Below, piece by piece: positions 27,961 to 41,239 of a stretch of 64,000 nt of DNA. A program made the translations under genes and the position numbers. Source of the stretch: Haliotis rufescens (Eukaryota); assembly GCF_023055435.1 (NCBI RefSeq), contig NW_025963779.1:67456001-67520000 (forward strand). The letters run 5' to 3'. Under the pieces are notes generated by a model. It was not told the DNA's origin, did no database searches, and saw nothing but the letters and a program-made list of their open reading frames with translations. The first letter of the stretch is position 1. Each line of letters begins with the position of its first letter.

Positions 27961-28819
27961 AGGAATTGAGATCACATTTTGGAATGATTTGAAAAGACCA
28001 CTTGAACTGATTGGAAATCCACGAAAACAACCTGTCTCCGACTGATGGGTGATTTAAGCGTTGGGGCGTTTAAGACAAGGCTTGGACTTTAATATCTTCT
28101 CAAACTTTCTTTAAGTGAAGTTTCCAAAACCTGTTCCTTATGTTTAGTTATGTGCGATTCATGGAATAAGGTTATATATTTCATATCTCACTATGATATA
28201 AATTGGGTTCAGCTATATGTTTATAACGTTTGTGTTTAGGAATCAAGGGAAATATATCAAATCCATGAAGAATGTGTGCATGAATATATTTTTCGCAACA
28301 GAAACAGGGATGGTTTAGATTAGCTGCACACAGGGCGAATTAGGCTTGAGCGGATTTATATGATGGGCTTTGCGAGGTGCCCCGTCCCCATCCCAAATCC
28401 CCAACATCACGCTCTACCTTCTTTGGAAGAGTAAACGTAGCATCCATAATGAAATATAAGTTATTTGAACCTTTATTTCAAAATTCTCAGATTCTTCCTT
28501 GATAAGAACCGACGTTAAAGTATGCTAGCTACGATCATTTTAGCGCCAATATCGTTTAATGGAACAAGCCCCTGGCTTACATAAACATGTTGACAACAAC
28601 ACTATATCGGGAGGTAAAATACGTCACATCTTTATTGATATATGGTCCGTGACAGACCGCTCCCTGCCGAGATCATGTTATTATAGATGTGTTATTTCCG
28701 ACCATATATGTAGAACATCCATATTCTTTGTTGTAATACTTAGCTGGAGATGTGTTACCAAGTGAGAGTTGATTGAGTAAGTCAGTCAGGAAGGTGCTAG
28801 TGACGGATTGATAAGTATA

Positions 28820-28961
28820 CAGTGAAACCTCATTAACCCGGGCGGTAACGTTTCCTGTGAAATTGGGAAATTAACAAATTGCCCGGATGAACAATTGGCC
28901 GGATTAACAACTACAGTTATGTTCCGGAAGATGGGGGCTCCGGATTAACGAGGTTTTACTG
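28820..28961. mobile_element. pogo/Tigger-like MITE
   Basis: TIR cagtgaaacctcattaacccgg / ccggattaacgaggttttactg flanked by TA. Confidence 0.8.
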
Positions 28962-29220
28962 TATATGGATATGTTCGGGTGGATGAAGGGGTGATAATGT
29001 ACATGTAATCAATGGGGGATTGGTAGGCTGTCATACAGACCCTGAAACAAGTATATCCAATACAGATCCATGCAAGTCTATAATGTTTGGCAAGTTTAGA
29101 TTAATGCAGTATCTAAAAATGAGGAAACGCTCCTTTTTATTATTTAACAACTGTTTTTTCCTGTAAAATATGTTCATTTCAGATACTAGATACTAGTCTC
29201 GGGGATTGGGTGAATGTTTT

Positions 29221-29412
29221 GTTTGGTTGGTTTATTTGTTGTTTAACACTGCACTCCAGTATTATTTTTTAATATTCCAGCTATATGACGGCGGTCTGTA
29301 AATAAATGTTTCTGGACCCGACAATCCCGTGATTGACATCATGAGCATCGATCTACGCAATTGGTATACGGTGACATGCATCAACCAAGTCTGTGAACCT
29401 GACCACCCGATA
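29221..29412 (-). mobile_element. SINE-like family B, 3' part
   Basis: Reverse complement of body and tail of 13799-14046. Confidence 0.75.
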
Positions 29413-30162
29413 GGATAAATGAATTTTTCAATAACACGCCAGGTAGGACAGATTAAGTCATATAACGACCAAACACCATACAGCATTGTGATTGTTAGAA
29501 AAAAAATCCCACGGAACTAGTATCTTGTCTGCGAACAAAATGTATAATGACATTTGTTGGAAATACGCCTGCCTTGTATGGATAAACCTAGTTAAAGGGA
29601 ACGAAAGGAAGAGTGACTTCAGATCCGACCATCTTGAATGTGACAGGTGAGCTAACCACATCCTGTTTGTTTCATTAAGTATAATCATAGATATTAAGTA
29701 CTTGATTTGATTGAAGTTGTCTTGTAGTAGACAGTGTCCCGGCCTCCAACGCCTGTTGTCCATCTAGGTCTAGACGGTCTAATAATAGTCCGCGTGAAAT
29801 TTGGAGACTGGTTCCTATTAATGGAGGTAACCAATACTAGCCTGGTTGACCTAGATGAGCAACTAGTTTTGTTGGGAAGAGCTTTTAAAATGGATTATTG
29901 TCTCAGATAAAAGAGACGACAAACCTTTGGAAAACTAGCCTCTACCATTTTTAACAATACGGGCTGGTGTCTTCCAAGAATCATATCACTACGTGACAGT
30001 CACCTAGTTTTTAAATGGATACAATGTCCAGCTGGCAACGTTCTTTGACCTACATTGTATGACCGACTCTGTGGCATATATCAATTCATTCCGACAGGCA
30101 GGTGAAGATTGAGGACTGATTACTCATCTACTGCCGGCCGATTTGTCCGTCCAATACCTTCA

Positions 30163-30324
30163 GGGGCACGGGTGGCGCCAGAAACCTATGATTGTGGGTT
30201 CGAATCCCTGTTTCTAGGTTTGTCAGCACCATACCCGTGCTTGTGGGTTTCACCGAAGTGGTAAACGTTTGAGACCTGCATCACTTCGGCGTTAAAACTC
30301 ACTCACTCACTCACTCACTCACTT
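30163..30324 (+). mobile_element. SINE family D, internally deleted copy with TSD
   Basis: TSD caataccttcagg at 30152-30164 and 30325-30337; (cact)n tail; homologous to 53755-54036. Confidence 0.85.
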
Positions 30325-31316
30325 CAATACCTTCAGGTGTCCAATACCACACGCATTGGGGACTGGGTTCACAGTCGTCTTCATTGGGGACACCTCATCA
30401 AGGGATAGGAAACGCCGCCTAGCGTGGGTGAGTTAGATCTGACAAAGAGACATGTACATCCCAAAACACTATTAAAAAGACCAAATATGTTACAACTCCA
30501 GCAATTAGATAAGACTGCCATAAGATATCTGTCCAAAAGAAACTATGTACATTTGTTAACATTATAATTAAAATTGTAACAACTCCCGGTTAACCTCTGT
30601 CCACCGCAATGTTAAATACTGTTTGTACCTCACATGCCGATGCAGAGAAATAAAGTGCTGGTGAAAAGTTGAGTGAACGGGAGAGTTAAGGTTCGTTGTG
30701 TCACGTTTCATTCAACTATATTTTAGCTTTTTCCCGACAACCTGTAAGCACTCGTAGCGGGGTCATGGCAAACAAGTGGTTGATATCACGAGCAACGAGG
30801 ATGACACATTATAGTCAAGGTCATGTAAACATGATAACCATCCGATCCTCCGATCTTATTACAAGCATGGTGCACTGGGAATATATCCTGCCTCTGAATC
30901 CACACTCTGTTCTGTAACAGATGACGAATGACAGTGAGTGAGTGGATGTTCTTCCGCGTCCCAGTCGTCAGCAATGTATCAACCATATCGCGATGGTCTA
31001 TAACATAATCGCTTCTGGGCATGGTGACTGAAAGCATTAGCAACGATCCATCGGGATCGAAGTATAAACGACGTTTGGATGCTGAAATATATTTCGGTCA
31101 TCTTCTATGACGCCACAACTGCTGGAGAGAACGTTAGAGCAAAGCCAGAGCATTATAGATCTGCACGGTATGAGTGATGGCACGTTCTGTGTGTTTCTCA
31201 AAATTCTACTTTAAATTTCACAGTCCATCACGCTGTGCCCTGACGGAGCGTTGTAGTCAATGTGGGATGTCGATAGGTTAAATCTTACACCAGATCAATA
31301 GGAGACTCAAATTGTG

Positions 31317-31360
31317 TTATATATATATATATATATTTCTTAAGTGTAATTCAGTCGTGG

Positions 31361-31425
<65 letters not shown>
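31317..31425. repeat. (TA)n microsatellites
   Basis: Direct reading; two runs. Confidence 0.9.
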
Positions 31426-31430
<5 letters not shown>

Positions 31431-31839
31431 TAGTAAAATGTATTCATACATATACACTCCTTCATAAATAAGGCAATAAACATACAAGACCTAAGGCTTG
31501 GTGATATGGTGGGAGGTTATCATTCAAAGTGGGATTTCTTTAAGACACGGTCAGAAGTTCCACTGTACATAACGATTACTGTGGGGAAGCAATGCATCCT
31601 TTACTTGTTACTAAGTCGTGACGGAAAGTGGAATCGAAGGGCGTTTCGAGCACTAATACAATTCCTCCTCCTTTTGATTTTTAAATATTTGTTTTCGCGA
31701 TAAATTGCACTAATTCGTGACGGAAACGTGAATAAAAGGGCGTATCGAACACTTATACAATTCTTCCTCCTGTGTTGTAACAGCTATGGTGACTATTGGT
31801 GACTATTGGTTGCCTTGATATAACTGTAATATTGATGAC

Positions 31840-33020
31840 ACCATCCATGACTTTCATCCATGACCCCCCATCAATGTACCCCATCCATGAATCTCACCCA
31901 TGATCCAAAACATGACTCTCATCCATGACCCATCCATGATTCTCATCCATGACTCTCATCCATGACTCTCATCCATGACTCTCATCCATGACCCCATCCA
32001 TGACTCTCACCCATGACCCATCCATGACTCTTATCCATGACCCCATCCATGACTCTCTTCCATGACCCATAAAGGACTCTCACCCATGACCCCACCCATG
32101 AACTCTCATCCATGCCTCTCACGAATGACCCCATCCATTAATCTCATCCATGACTCTCATCCATGATCCCATTCGTGAATCTCATGAACGAGCCCATCCA
32201 TGACCCCCATCCATGACTCTCATCCATGACCCACATCCATGAATCTCATGAACGAGCCCATCCATGACCCCATCAATGACTCTCATCCATGACTCTCATC
32301 CATGTCTCTCATCCATGACCCCATCCATGACTCTCATGAACGAACCCATTCATGACCCCCATCCACGTCTCTCATCCATGTCTCTCACCCATGACTCTTA
32401 TCCATGACTCATCCATTACTCTCATCTATGACTCTCATCCATGACCCCCATCCATGACTCTCATCCATGACTCTCATCCATGACTCTCATCCATGACCCA
32501 TCCATGACTCTCATCCATGACTCTCACCCATGACCCATCCATGACTCTCATCCATGCCTCTCACCAATGACCCCCATCCATGAATCTCATCCATGACTCT
32601 CATCCATGACCCCATCCATGAATCTCATGAACGAGCCCATCCATGACCCCCATCCATGACTCTCATCCATGACCCACATCCATGAATCTCATGAACGAGC
32701 CCATCAATGACCCCATCCATGACTCTCATCCATGTCTCTCATCCATGACCCCATCCATGACTCTCATGAACGAGCCCATTCATGACCCCCATCCACGTCT
32801 CTCATCCATGTCTCTCATCCATGACCTTTATCCATGACTCATCCATTACTCTCATCCATGACTCTCATCCATGACCCATCCATGACTCTCATCCATGACT
32901 CTCATCCATGACCCCATCCATGACTCTCACCAATGACCCCATCCATGGCCCCATCCATGAATCTCATGAACGAGCCCATCGATATCCATGACTCTCATCA
33001 ATGACTCTCATCCATGACAC
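31840..33020. repeat. 11-13-bp satellite (ccatgactctcat / ccatgaccccat)
   Basis: Direct reading; shorter related arrays at ~43960-44110 and ~56610-57060, the same position in other copies of the 8-kb unit. Confidence 0.9.
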
Positions 33021-36000
33021 TTATAGCAAATGCACCGAGGATTTCATGTCGATGTTTCCAAGGCACTGAAGATGATGATCAGAGACAAATTTGTATGTAT
33101 TTCTTGATGTGTTTCTGTTAAGTCTGCGACACTTGTCGATGTATCGCGAGGTAGGCTAAAGCGGAATGTCGCTTGATGTTTCGGATGTCACCTAAAAAAT
33201 GTAATCGGAAACATATTATAATACATTATAAAACAGTTAAGTGATATTTTGTTAGAGGTAAATTAATATCGTGTATCAATAAATATATGATTATCGGGAT
33301 TAGACCCACTCGCATGAACATAGGTTTTGGCTTCGAACACCCAATAAGGAATGTTCCAGGCAGCGTTGACCAACACTATAAATGGATGTTCCAGAAGGCG
33401 CTGATGAATAAATTAAGAGTTCTTTCCATGCCACCCCAACATACCTAAACAGGAATGTAAATTGTGCTCTGGTGAATACTGCTCTGGTGACCTAGCTGGC
33501 GAATGCCTAAAAGAGCTGGCGAATTTTTTAAAGGGGTGTTCCAATCAGTCCTGGTGAAGACTTTAAAGGCATGTTCCAGACCGCATTGACGAATACCTTA
33601 AAGGGGTATTCCAGGCAGCGCTTGTGAATACCGTATATGATATCCCAGTCCCAACCTTGGAGTATGTTCCAGGCATAGCATACCTTAAGAGGGAATACTG
33701 ATGCCCCTGGCTTATCTGCTGTCTTTAAGAGACATTCAAGGCATGATACATGGCGAATACCTGGCATACCCGGAATGAAGGGGGGAGGGAGGGTTGGATA
33801 GAGGTGCAACGGCGAATACCCCAGGGATGTTTCAGGCCGAGTTGATGTTCACATTGACAGGATGTCCCAAGCTTCCGGTGGCCTTACCAAAACCTTAAAT
33901 ATTCTTTATAGGGAACGATGTACAATCACTGAGTATATCTTACAATATGGCCCACTGCTTTAGGAGATAATATACATGCTGATACATAACGAAAGGTCCC
34001 AATCGTCATGTGTACGTGACATCTTTTGTCACGAGACACGTTCTTACGTTTGTTTGTGATCCCGTTTCGTTACAAGAACATCTATATTTGCTACCTGAGG
34101 TCTTGTAACCATAGTAACCACCCTCTTCATTCACCTTCGTCTCGTGGTTGGTGCCCATAACGGTCTTTTGACTGCACAATGTTCCTACATCAGACATATC
34201 GGGTGAATCATAACAACAGAAGGGCTTCCAGGCTCAAAGATGGTCGTGGGACGAAGGAGACACAATAGGTTTCTCAATGAATTCTTCAAAGCAGACACTT
34301 TAAAATCAAACATTATTTTATGCACAGCAAACACGAAGCGTTGCCCACTTTACAGCGGTTTTATTTTTCGTGATATTCATAGAATCAAAGGTGGTTGTCC
34401 AAACACGGCCACGTCTATCCTATGTCCCGAGACAGAAACGACTGGGAATATCAGATATTGAGATCAGGATAACTGAAACGTCTAACCCATCATGTTTTTG
34501 TTGATTTGATATATTCATTCATGATCAGTGTACTTTTTAAAGATGCCAGAGTAAGCCACAGACATTTAATTCAAAGTTCCTCCTGATCCTTTCGTTATAT
34601 TTTCCCATCAGTTTGTTCCAACCACTTATAAATAATAACAAACTACTTGAAATGGCTGCGGATAAGCTATGGTTCTTTCAATGTCTTGCACAAGGGTCAT
34701 AGAATTCAAGCGTCTTCACAGCGAGGAAGATAATGGCCACATATTTTCATGTTGGTTCAATCCTAGGATACTGTAATACAGTTCGGGTATGAAGAGAGAT
34801 AGTTTCGTGGCTCTGTATTGATTCAACAGCGGCATGTTTGTAATTTGTTCAAGACAGCATATCTGTGATAGAGACTGTTCCCTATTCTGCAGTAGGTGAA
34901 CCTTTTGAAATAAAATACCATACAATTACAGGTACGATTTGGATTTCAAAGTTCAAACATTGTAATATTATGGACGAAAATACGAATGGTCGCCTTCTTG
35001 ACATTTATGCATTATATGGACAGTTTACTGCAAGCGGTATCTTGTAGGAACATTAAGATAATGAGATAGTACAGATTATCTAGAATAAATGATTCTTAAT
35101 TTAATGAAGAATTTTTTTTGTTTTGGGAAGTCTTCACAGACGTCTCTTAAACTCACATATTGTCATTTTTATCTGTTCATATGAAAATCGTCCATAACTC
35201 TTAAGAGGTAATACGTTGAACACATAACGTCATCGGCAACTTCAGAAAAAGATCTTATTTTTAAAGGACGTTACAATCTGTTAATACTCACGAGGTCGGA
35301 TACACTTATAACAATCAAAAGCGTAAGATCAAATGCCTGTGTATATCACAAATCTTGGGAAGGATCATTTTGAAAACTGTCCGATTATGATTATGGTATT
35401 TTTTTTAAAATTATGTGGAGGGTGGTTTTGATATGCATTGATGCCTGTGCGTATGCGTATGCATGTGCGTGTGCGTGTGCGTGTGCGTGTGCGTGAGTAA
35501 GTGTTAGTGCGCGTGCTTGCCTCAATGTGCTTGATTTTGTTGAAGCATCTGTACGCTAAGTATTTCAATTTGTTTTAATAATTGGATGCCCCTAGGATCC
35601 GGGTTCGATCTCCAATAGTTCCCCAGTACTCTGGTATCCCATGTCATTAGAGTCGATGACAGGGCGGTTACTTTGTGTGACGTCATCGTGACACGGTTTG
35701 TTCCCATGCTATCAGCCCATGGGTCAGATTCGATTAATGACAGGCTGTCGACATCCAGCAGGAAAAGCCGCTGATATGGCTGTAAATCTGCTGATATAGG
35801 AGGAACATTGCACATATCGCAGGAAAATTGCTGATAAAGCTGGAAAAGTGCTGATATGTCCGTAAAACCGCGAGGAACATTGCTGCTGTAGTTTGAAACT
35901 GCTTTATGTCTTTCCATTAAGTGAAGGAATATTTTCTTAGTGCTAATTCCCACACCTGCAATAACAAAACCCCTTGAACTTGTTATAGAAGGTGACCTGA

Positions 36001-37712
36001 AAGGACACCCTGTTTTCTGGAAAGGAAGCGACCCGTTTGTCTCCAGATCTGAAGAGCTCTTAACACGCCTTGAAATTCTCGTAATGCTGCGTCGAGCTTA
36101 TTATATATTAAACGTGTCTTTTCTGTCGTCTGCTGTAATGGTGGAAAATAATCTTCTAAGCAGACTATCATCTTCTTGGGCGAACGGGAATGTAAAAAAT
36201 ACAGCCTAATTACAATAATCCTTTATAATGTTCTCTACAGGACTGATATCCTATCCTTTTGTTTTAGCTCCTGTGGATGGTGCTGCAAACGACGATGCGG
36301 GCACCGTAAGGCAAATAGATGGCCAGTTCTCAGGTCGATCGGTAATATAAACTAGGGTTATCGTCCAAATCTTGAATATGATTACTGACGTGCACAACAT
36401 AAGGGTGTTTTGCCAGCGTCAGGTCATGGACAGAGCAATGGCTAGCCATAACTACAGCATCTACAGACGAGATGTCGACGATAGGTCCGGCCAAGTCCGA
36501 CATGACCTGACATATTTAACTGTATGTATGGTGATGTTAGGATGTTCCATACAATGAATGAAATGAAACCGTCTTCTATAAATTGAACTGGATATGTTTG
36601 GCTTTAGACGTCTCAGGAATATGATGCTTTTGTATTACATAAATCAATTCCCCTGGTGTATATTTTAGGGTTTTTTCCAATTGAGTTCTTAACTTTGCCC
36701 TATAAAATCAGGATTCTTTACAGCCTAGGAAATGGAAGCCCGGTATCAAATCGTATTGAATACCGTTTGTAGAGTCTGCTTTCGTGCTATCTGACCCAGT
36801 CGATGACCTTTAACAGGTAAAAGAAATCTTTAAAGCTACAACGTTATTTTTGCTTATCTGTAACATATGTGTTTCGTTCGTGGCATATTGTGATAAAGTT
36901 AGTTCGTCTGCACGAATTTTAGATCTATACTGCTCAACGTGAGCTCGATTTAAGGTGGCGATTAAAAGTGGTATTCTGGTACCTGCAATTTGATTCTTGT
37001 CTTATCATTTAAAACCCATTTTGCATATCTCCTGAATCACATTTTTTTATTTGAGTATTTATTTTTATATAGCAGTTGACGAATATCCAGTTTAAAAAGA
37101 TATAATGTCCAAGGTGCAAACATTGCTTTCACTGCAACGTCTAGACCGAGTCTGGACACCGCACTAGACGGTGAAGCCCAGTTCTTTCGCAGCCTTTTGT
37201 GTTTACAGATCCCCCGTATTTATATAAGTTAATGAAGTGGAGACGGATCCTTGGGATCTATTCTGAGACTAATAACTTTAGATTGTGAGTTCCCTTTGTT
37301 TGACCCAAACATTTTCACACGAGGCCGGATAATACATGCCAAGTTCACAGACTAGTATCCTTATCTCAAACAAAATACACGGATGATACGTTTTCAGTAA
37401 TCAAGTCATCGAATGTTTAACCGGACACAATTTGCTTACTCTGTGTTTATCTAGTTGAAAATCACGCTCGTCAATCTGCTGTTGTCAGGGATATACATGT
37501 TACCGGCGAGGCTGTTCACCACGGCGATCTATATTTGCAGAGGATAAGACCCTACTGTATGTACTATTCAGGGATCATGAACGTGCAGTTTTTAGTTTGG
37601 AATTCGGCGCCCAAAAAAATAATTTAGGGCGTATAGTTTGTGGGTATATAAAAATATTAAAATACATATGTGTAACTCAATAGTAAAAATGCATTTATTT
37701 TATCGTGCATGA

Positions 37713-37977
37713 TTTGTTTGTTTGTTATTTAACGCCACACTCAGCAGTATTCCAGCTATATGACGGCGGTCTGTAAATAATCGGGTCTTGACCAGACAAT
37801 CCAGTGATTGATATCATGAGCATCGATCCACGCAATTGAGGTACGATGACATGCATCAACCAAGTCAGCGATCCTGACCACTCGATCTTGTTAGTCGCCA
37901 TTAACGACAAGCATAGTCGCCTTTTACGGCAAGCATGGGTTGCTGAAGACCTATTCTACCCCGGATCTTCACGGGTC
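37713..37977 (-). mobile_element. SINE-like family B, inside a ~1.9-kb insertion (~36920-38815) unique to copy 1
   Basis: Full homology to 13799-14046; the flanking insertion is absent from the other copies. Confidence 0.85.
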
Positions 37978-40289
37978 TTATGCTGCAGGAATCGGTCAGT
38001 ACAATTATTAATCAGTAATTTTATTCTGTCAAAGTGAAGGATGTATTAATAGTATTTTTAAAGCAAAAATATATATTAGTATCATATTTTCCTGCGGGAG
38101 ACTGGCCAGAGACTACGTACGATGCATTTAAAAATATGACACTCCCTTTCTTGTTTAATTTTTTAAAAGTTTTATTTGTAAGTTTGTGTGGTAAGACAAA
38201 TATGATGAATGATATGATCTACTGATATTTTTTTTCAGATTGTGTGTAATTGTTGTAATTTCCTGATTGTGCGTTTTGTCTCTGGTCCATCGAGTCAGTT
38301 CACCAATAAGCAAAAATGAGATTTCATTGTGCGTCCTTTGCTCCTACTGAAAATAACAGAACATCGGAATAATTTGAAATTAAAAGATAAGTTTCTGTTG
38401 CTGTGAAAAGTTTGATTGCACTTACAACGTACGAAGCAAGTTGTTCTCGTCTCCGGAAGCTCATATGAATGATCATATCAGGGTTCCCAAACTACACGAT
38501 TGGTCAGCATTATTACATTTATCGTAATAAATCAATCAAGTTGTGAATGACTATGATCAATTTTCTATCATAGCCAGTTGGCCCGGGCCTACTGCACTTG
38601 AATCTCGGACTTCGTGGCTTGGTTTGACCCTTTGAACAGCATTTCATCAAGGTGTATCAGATACGGGGGAAAGCTCAAAGTGATGCAGGTCAGAGGCATT
38701 TACCTCTTTTTTGAAGCCAACATGCACAGGTATGTTGCTGACAAACAAATGCCCATAACGAGGGCGAATCAAAGATTCGATTCATTCACATACTAATATA
38801 CTCTAGATAATCAAGACACAACACTCGTTCGTCCAGGGTTTCTGTGTTAAAGACGTGCTTCGTCTTAGGTGTTCATGTGCACTTTAAGCCATAGATTCAC
38901 AGACTGTTAAGGTATAGATCAAATTTAATTTAAAGAACGGATTTCGATTAACCAAACTCTGCACTATTCAGTGATTGAATTGAAATGGAATAAGTTTAGA
39001 TCACTGTGTCAAATGACTTGCAATGCCATATCTCTTTGCCCATATTTTTAGTTGAGATGTCCAGTAGACATTGTTCAGGATATCAGATTTTTCACAAATA
39101 AGTTTAGATGGAATCTGAAGTTTACATTGAAAAACATTCAACTTAATATTGATTCGTTGTGTTGAAAGATTAAAATAAAATCGAAACAGCTTCTCTCTGA
39201 GTAATTAAAATTGATTCCGCAGTGTCATCGTTATGTTCACCAGCTAGAAACGACAAGTTGGTCTCTCCAGTCCAATTTGCATGACTAGATGCAGGGGCGG
39301 TGGCAGAGACGGTGATGTGCGTTGATGGTGTTTGAGAGGGTGAAGAAGAAGAGGGCGTTAGAGGAGTTGGTGACGGATAATGGGAGAGAGGGCGACGCGA
39401 GGCCATGAGCATGGAAGAATAAAAACGAATGAATGAGCATGCTCCTTCTACGAAGGTTTCAAAGAGCGTCATACGACTCTTGCTCAAAAGATGTTTGATC
39501 AAGATTACACCATTCAGGGCCTTAATAAAGCACATATGGAGGACATTTCCTAATTTGATGCATCAGTGACCAAACTGATGCCCGATACAATCTCTATTTT
39601 CACATGTTCCCGTGATTATTTTAGGTGATGACTTGACTTGTCTTTGCATGTGTTTGTGACGGGTGCCACCAGGGGGATAGAATATGCTCACGTTTTCGTG
39701 AACACCTGGTATGTCTGACATCGGTGTGAGCAGCGAATAATAATTCAACAAAAAGAAATCTGGTCATTACCGCGGTTGTGATTGTGTGTGGGACGTTACG
39801 ACGTGGAAATACGCAGTGTACGTGGTCCTAGGAACATCAGGTGGTTAGGCGAGTGTATGTGGTATAACAGATATCACATCACCAGTATGTCAGTGCCAGC
39901 AATTGAGCGACTTCATTGTGCTGAAAGGTCGTCACAGTAATTCACGCACAATAATCCAAGCAGTTCTTGGTTAGGATAACAGTTTACAGATAGAGCATGT
40001 GGGTCCTTTGGAACCATTTTAAACTAGAGACCTTCACGCCATACAGAACCAAGCCACGCTAAAGTGATTTTGAGAGCGTTGCAGTTTTAATTTTCAAACT
40101 AGGCACGGTAAGGCGTCATTATGAACCAAACCACACAGCATCCGTTTGTTAACTCAAAATATACATAAACTTCCAGACCGAAGTGAGTACATAACTGAAA
40201 AGTGGATGTGACGAAAAAATAACAAACGTTATCAAAACGTTACGAAGTTGCAAACAGTCACCGAAACATAGGTTCAACACACAGTGGCA

Positions 40290-41239
40290 AAATCTGATAA
40301 AGTAAGGGATATCGAAAATAGCTTTAAAATTCCAGAATTGTAAGAAATGTCAGTTTCCAGTAATAGATGTATGATAATCAATGAACGAATTTGCAACAAA
40401 TTACAACCTGTGGTGAAATATGACAGTAGATTTTTTGACCGCCAACGACCTTTAAGGACAATAGGGATAAGATGGGAAATCTCAAAGTTGACGTTTTCGA
40501 ATCGTAGTGCGTAATACCGCTATGATGTGTGGAATATTCATTTACTCAACGAGGCATACTGCGTGTTAGTCTTCCACTTGTGATATCATGGAGTCTGTCC
40601 CACTCCTCTTGCAGCGCCGGGCCAAGTTCAGCTAACGTGGTCGGCGGCCTATGACGTTGACGCACATGTCTGCCTATCATGTCCAGAACGTGTGCAGTGG
40701 GGGAAAGGTCTGGGTCCATTGCTGGCCATGGCACTCTATGGATGTTGTGCTGCTGGAGGTGAGCATTGCCGATTTGTGCACGGTGGGCACGGGCGTTGTC
40801 GTCCTGAAAGACAAAACGTCGACCAACACGTGACACGTGACCAGCTACGATTACTCCAGTTTCGACGTTGTGTACACCATTGACGATTTATGAGGGGCGG
40901 CAGAACACGTATCACGGAGCATGGAGATGTATGTAGGCGGTTCTCCAGTAAAGCAGTAAAGAGTAGCCTGATGAAAGGTTGAAGCAATTTGATTCGCCGT
41001 TTTAGCTCGATTTCGTAGAGCCTGGTTTCGGATCAATCGACCCTGTACTCTTGTCGTTGAGTACGCCCTGAACGAGTTCGACGTTCGACGTTAGTGCTAC
41101 TGTAAACTATAGGATGTGTTTTGGTGTGAGGTTTTACAAACATTAACGTTCTTGCATAGGTTGCTAGTCGTCAACACTTATCTAATACTCAGTATTAACA
41201 TTTATATGTCATGATCCCCTACTTTCTTTAAGAGTATAT
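40290..41239 (-). mobile_element. Tc1/mariner element with degenerate transposase (40546-41090)
   Basis: FVFQDDNARAHRA...WPAMDPDLSPTAHVLDMIGR..PPTTLAELGPALQEEWDRL (DD34E-type C-terminal blocks); N-terminal IRNQALRNRAKTANQIA; probable TIR gatcccctactttctttaagagta+TA at ~41213-41238; left boundary uncertain. Confidence 0.8.

Noticed and set aside
29850-30080. Gypsy integrase C-terminal relic (YNVGQRTLP..WKTPARIVK, minus strand)
   Set aside because: Too short and degenerate; no LTR or other pol motif seen to support it
34670-34760. RING finger (CGHYLPRC..PLCK)
   Set aside because: Frame has stops and the cysteines are not kept in the paralog at ~58000
36200-36640. SGNH/GDSL esterase (DAVVMASHCSVHDL; RIVVCSTIHR)
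   Set aside because: No GDS or DxxH; overlapping frames fit helicase motifs V-VI better; not fully excluded
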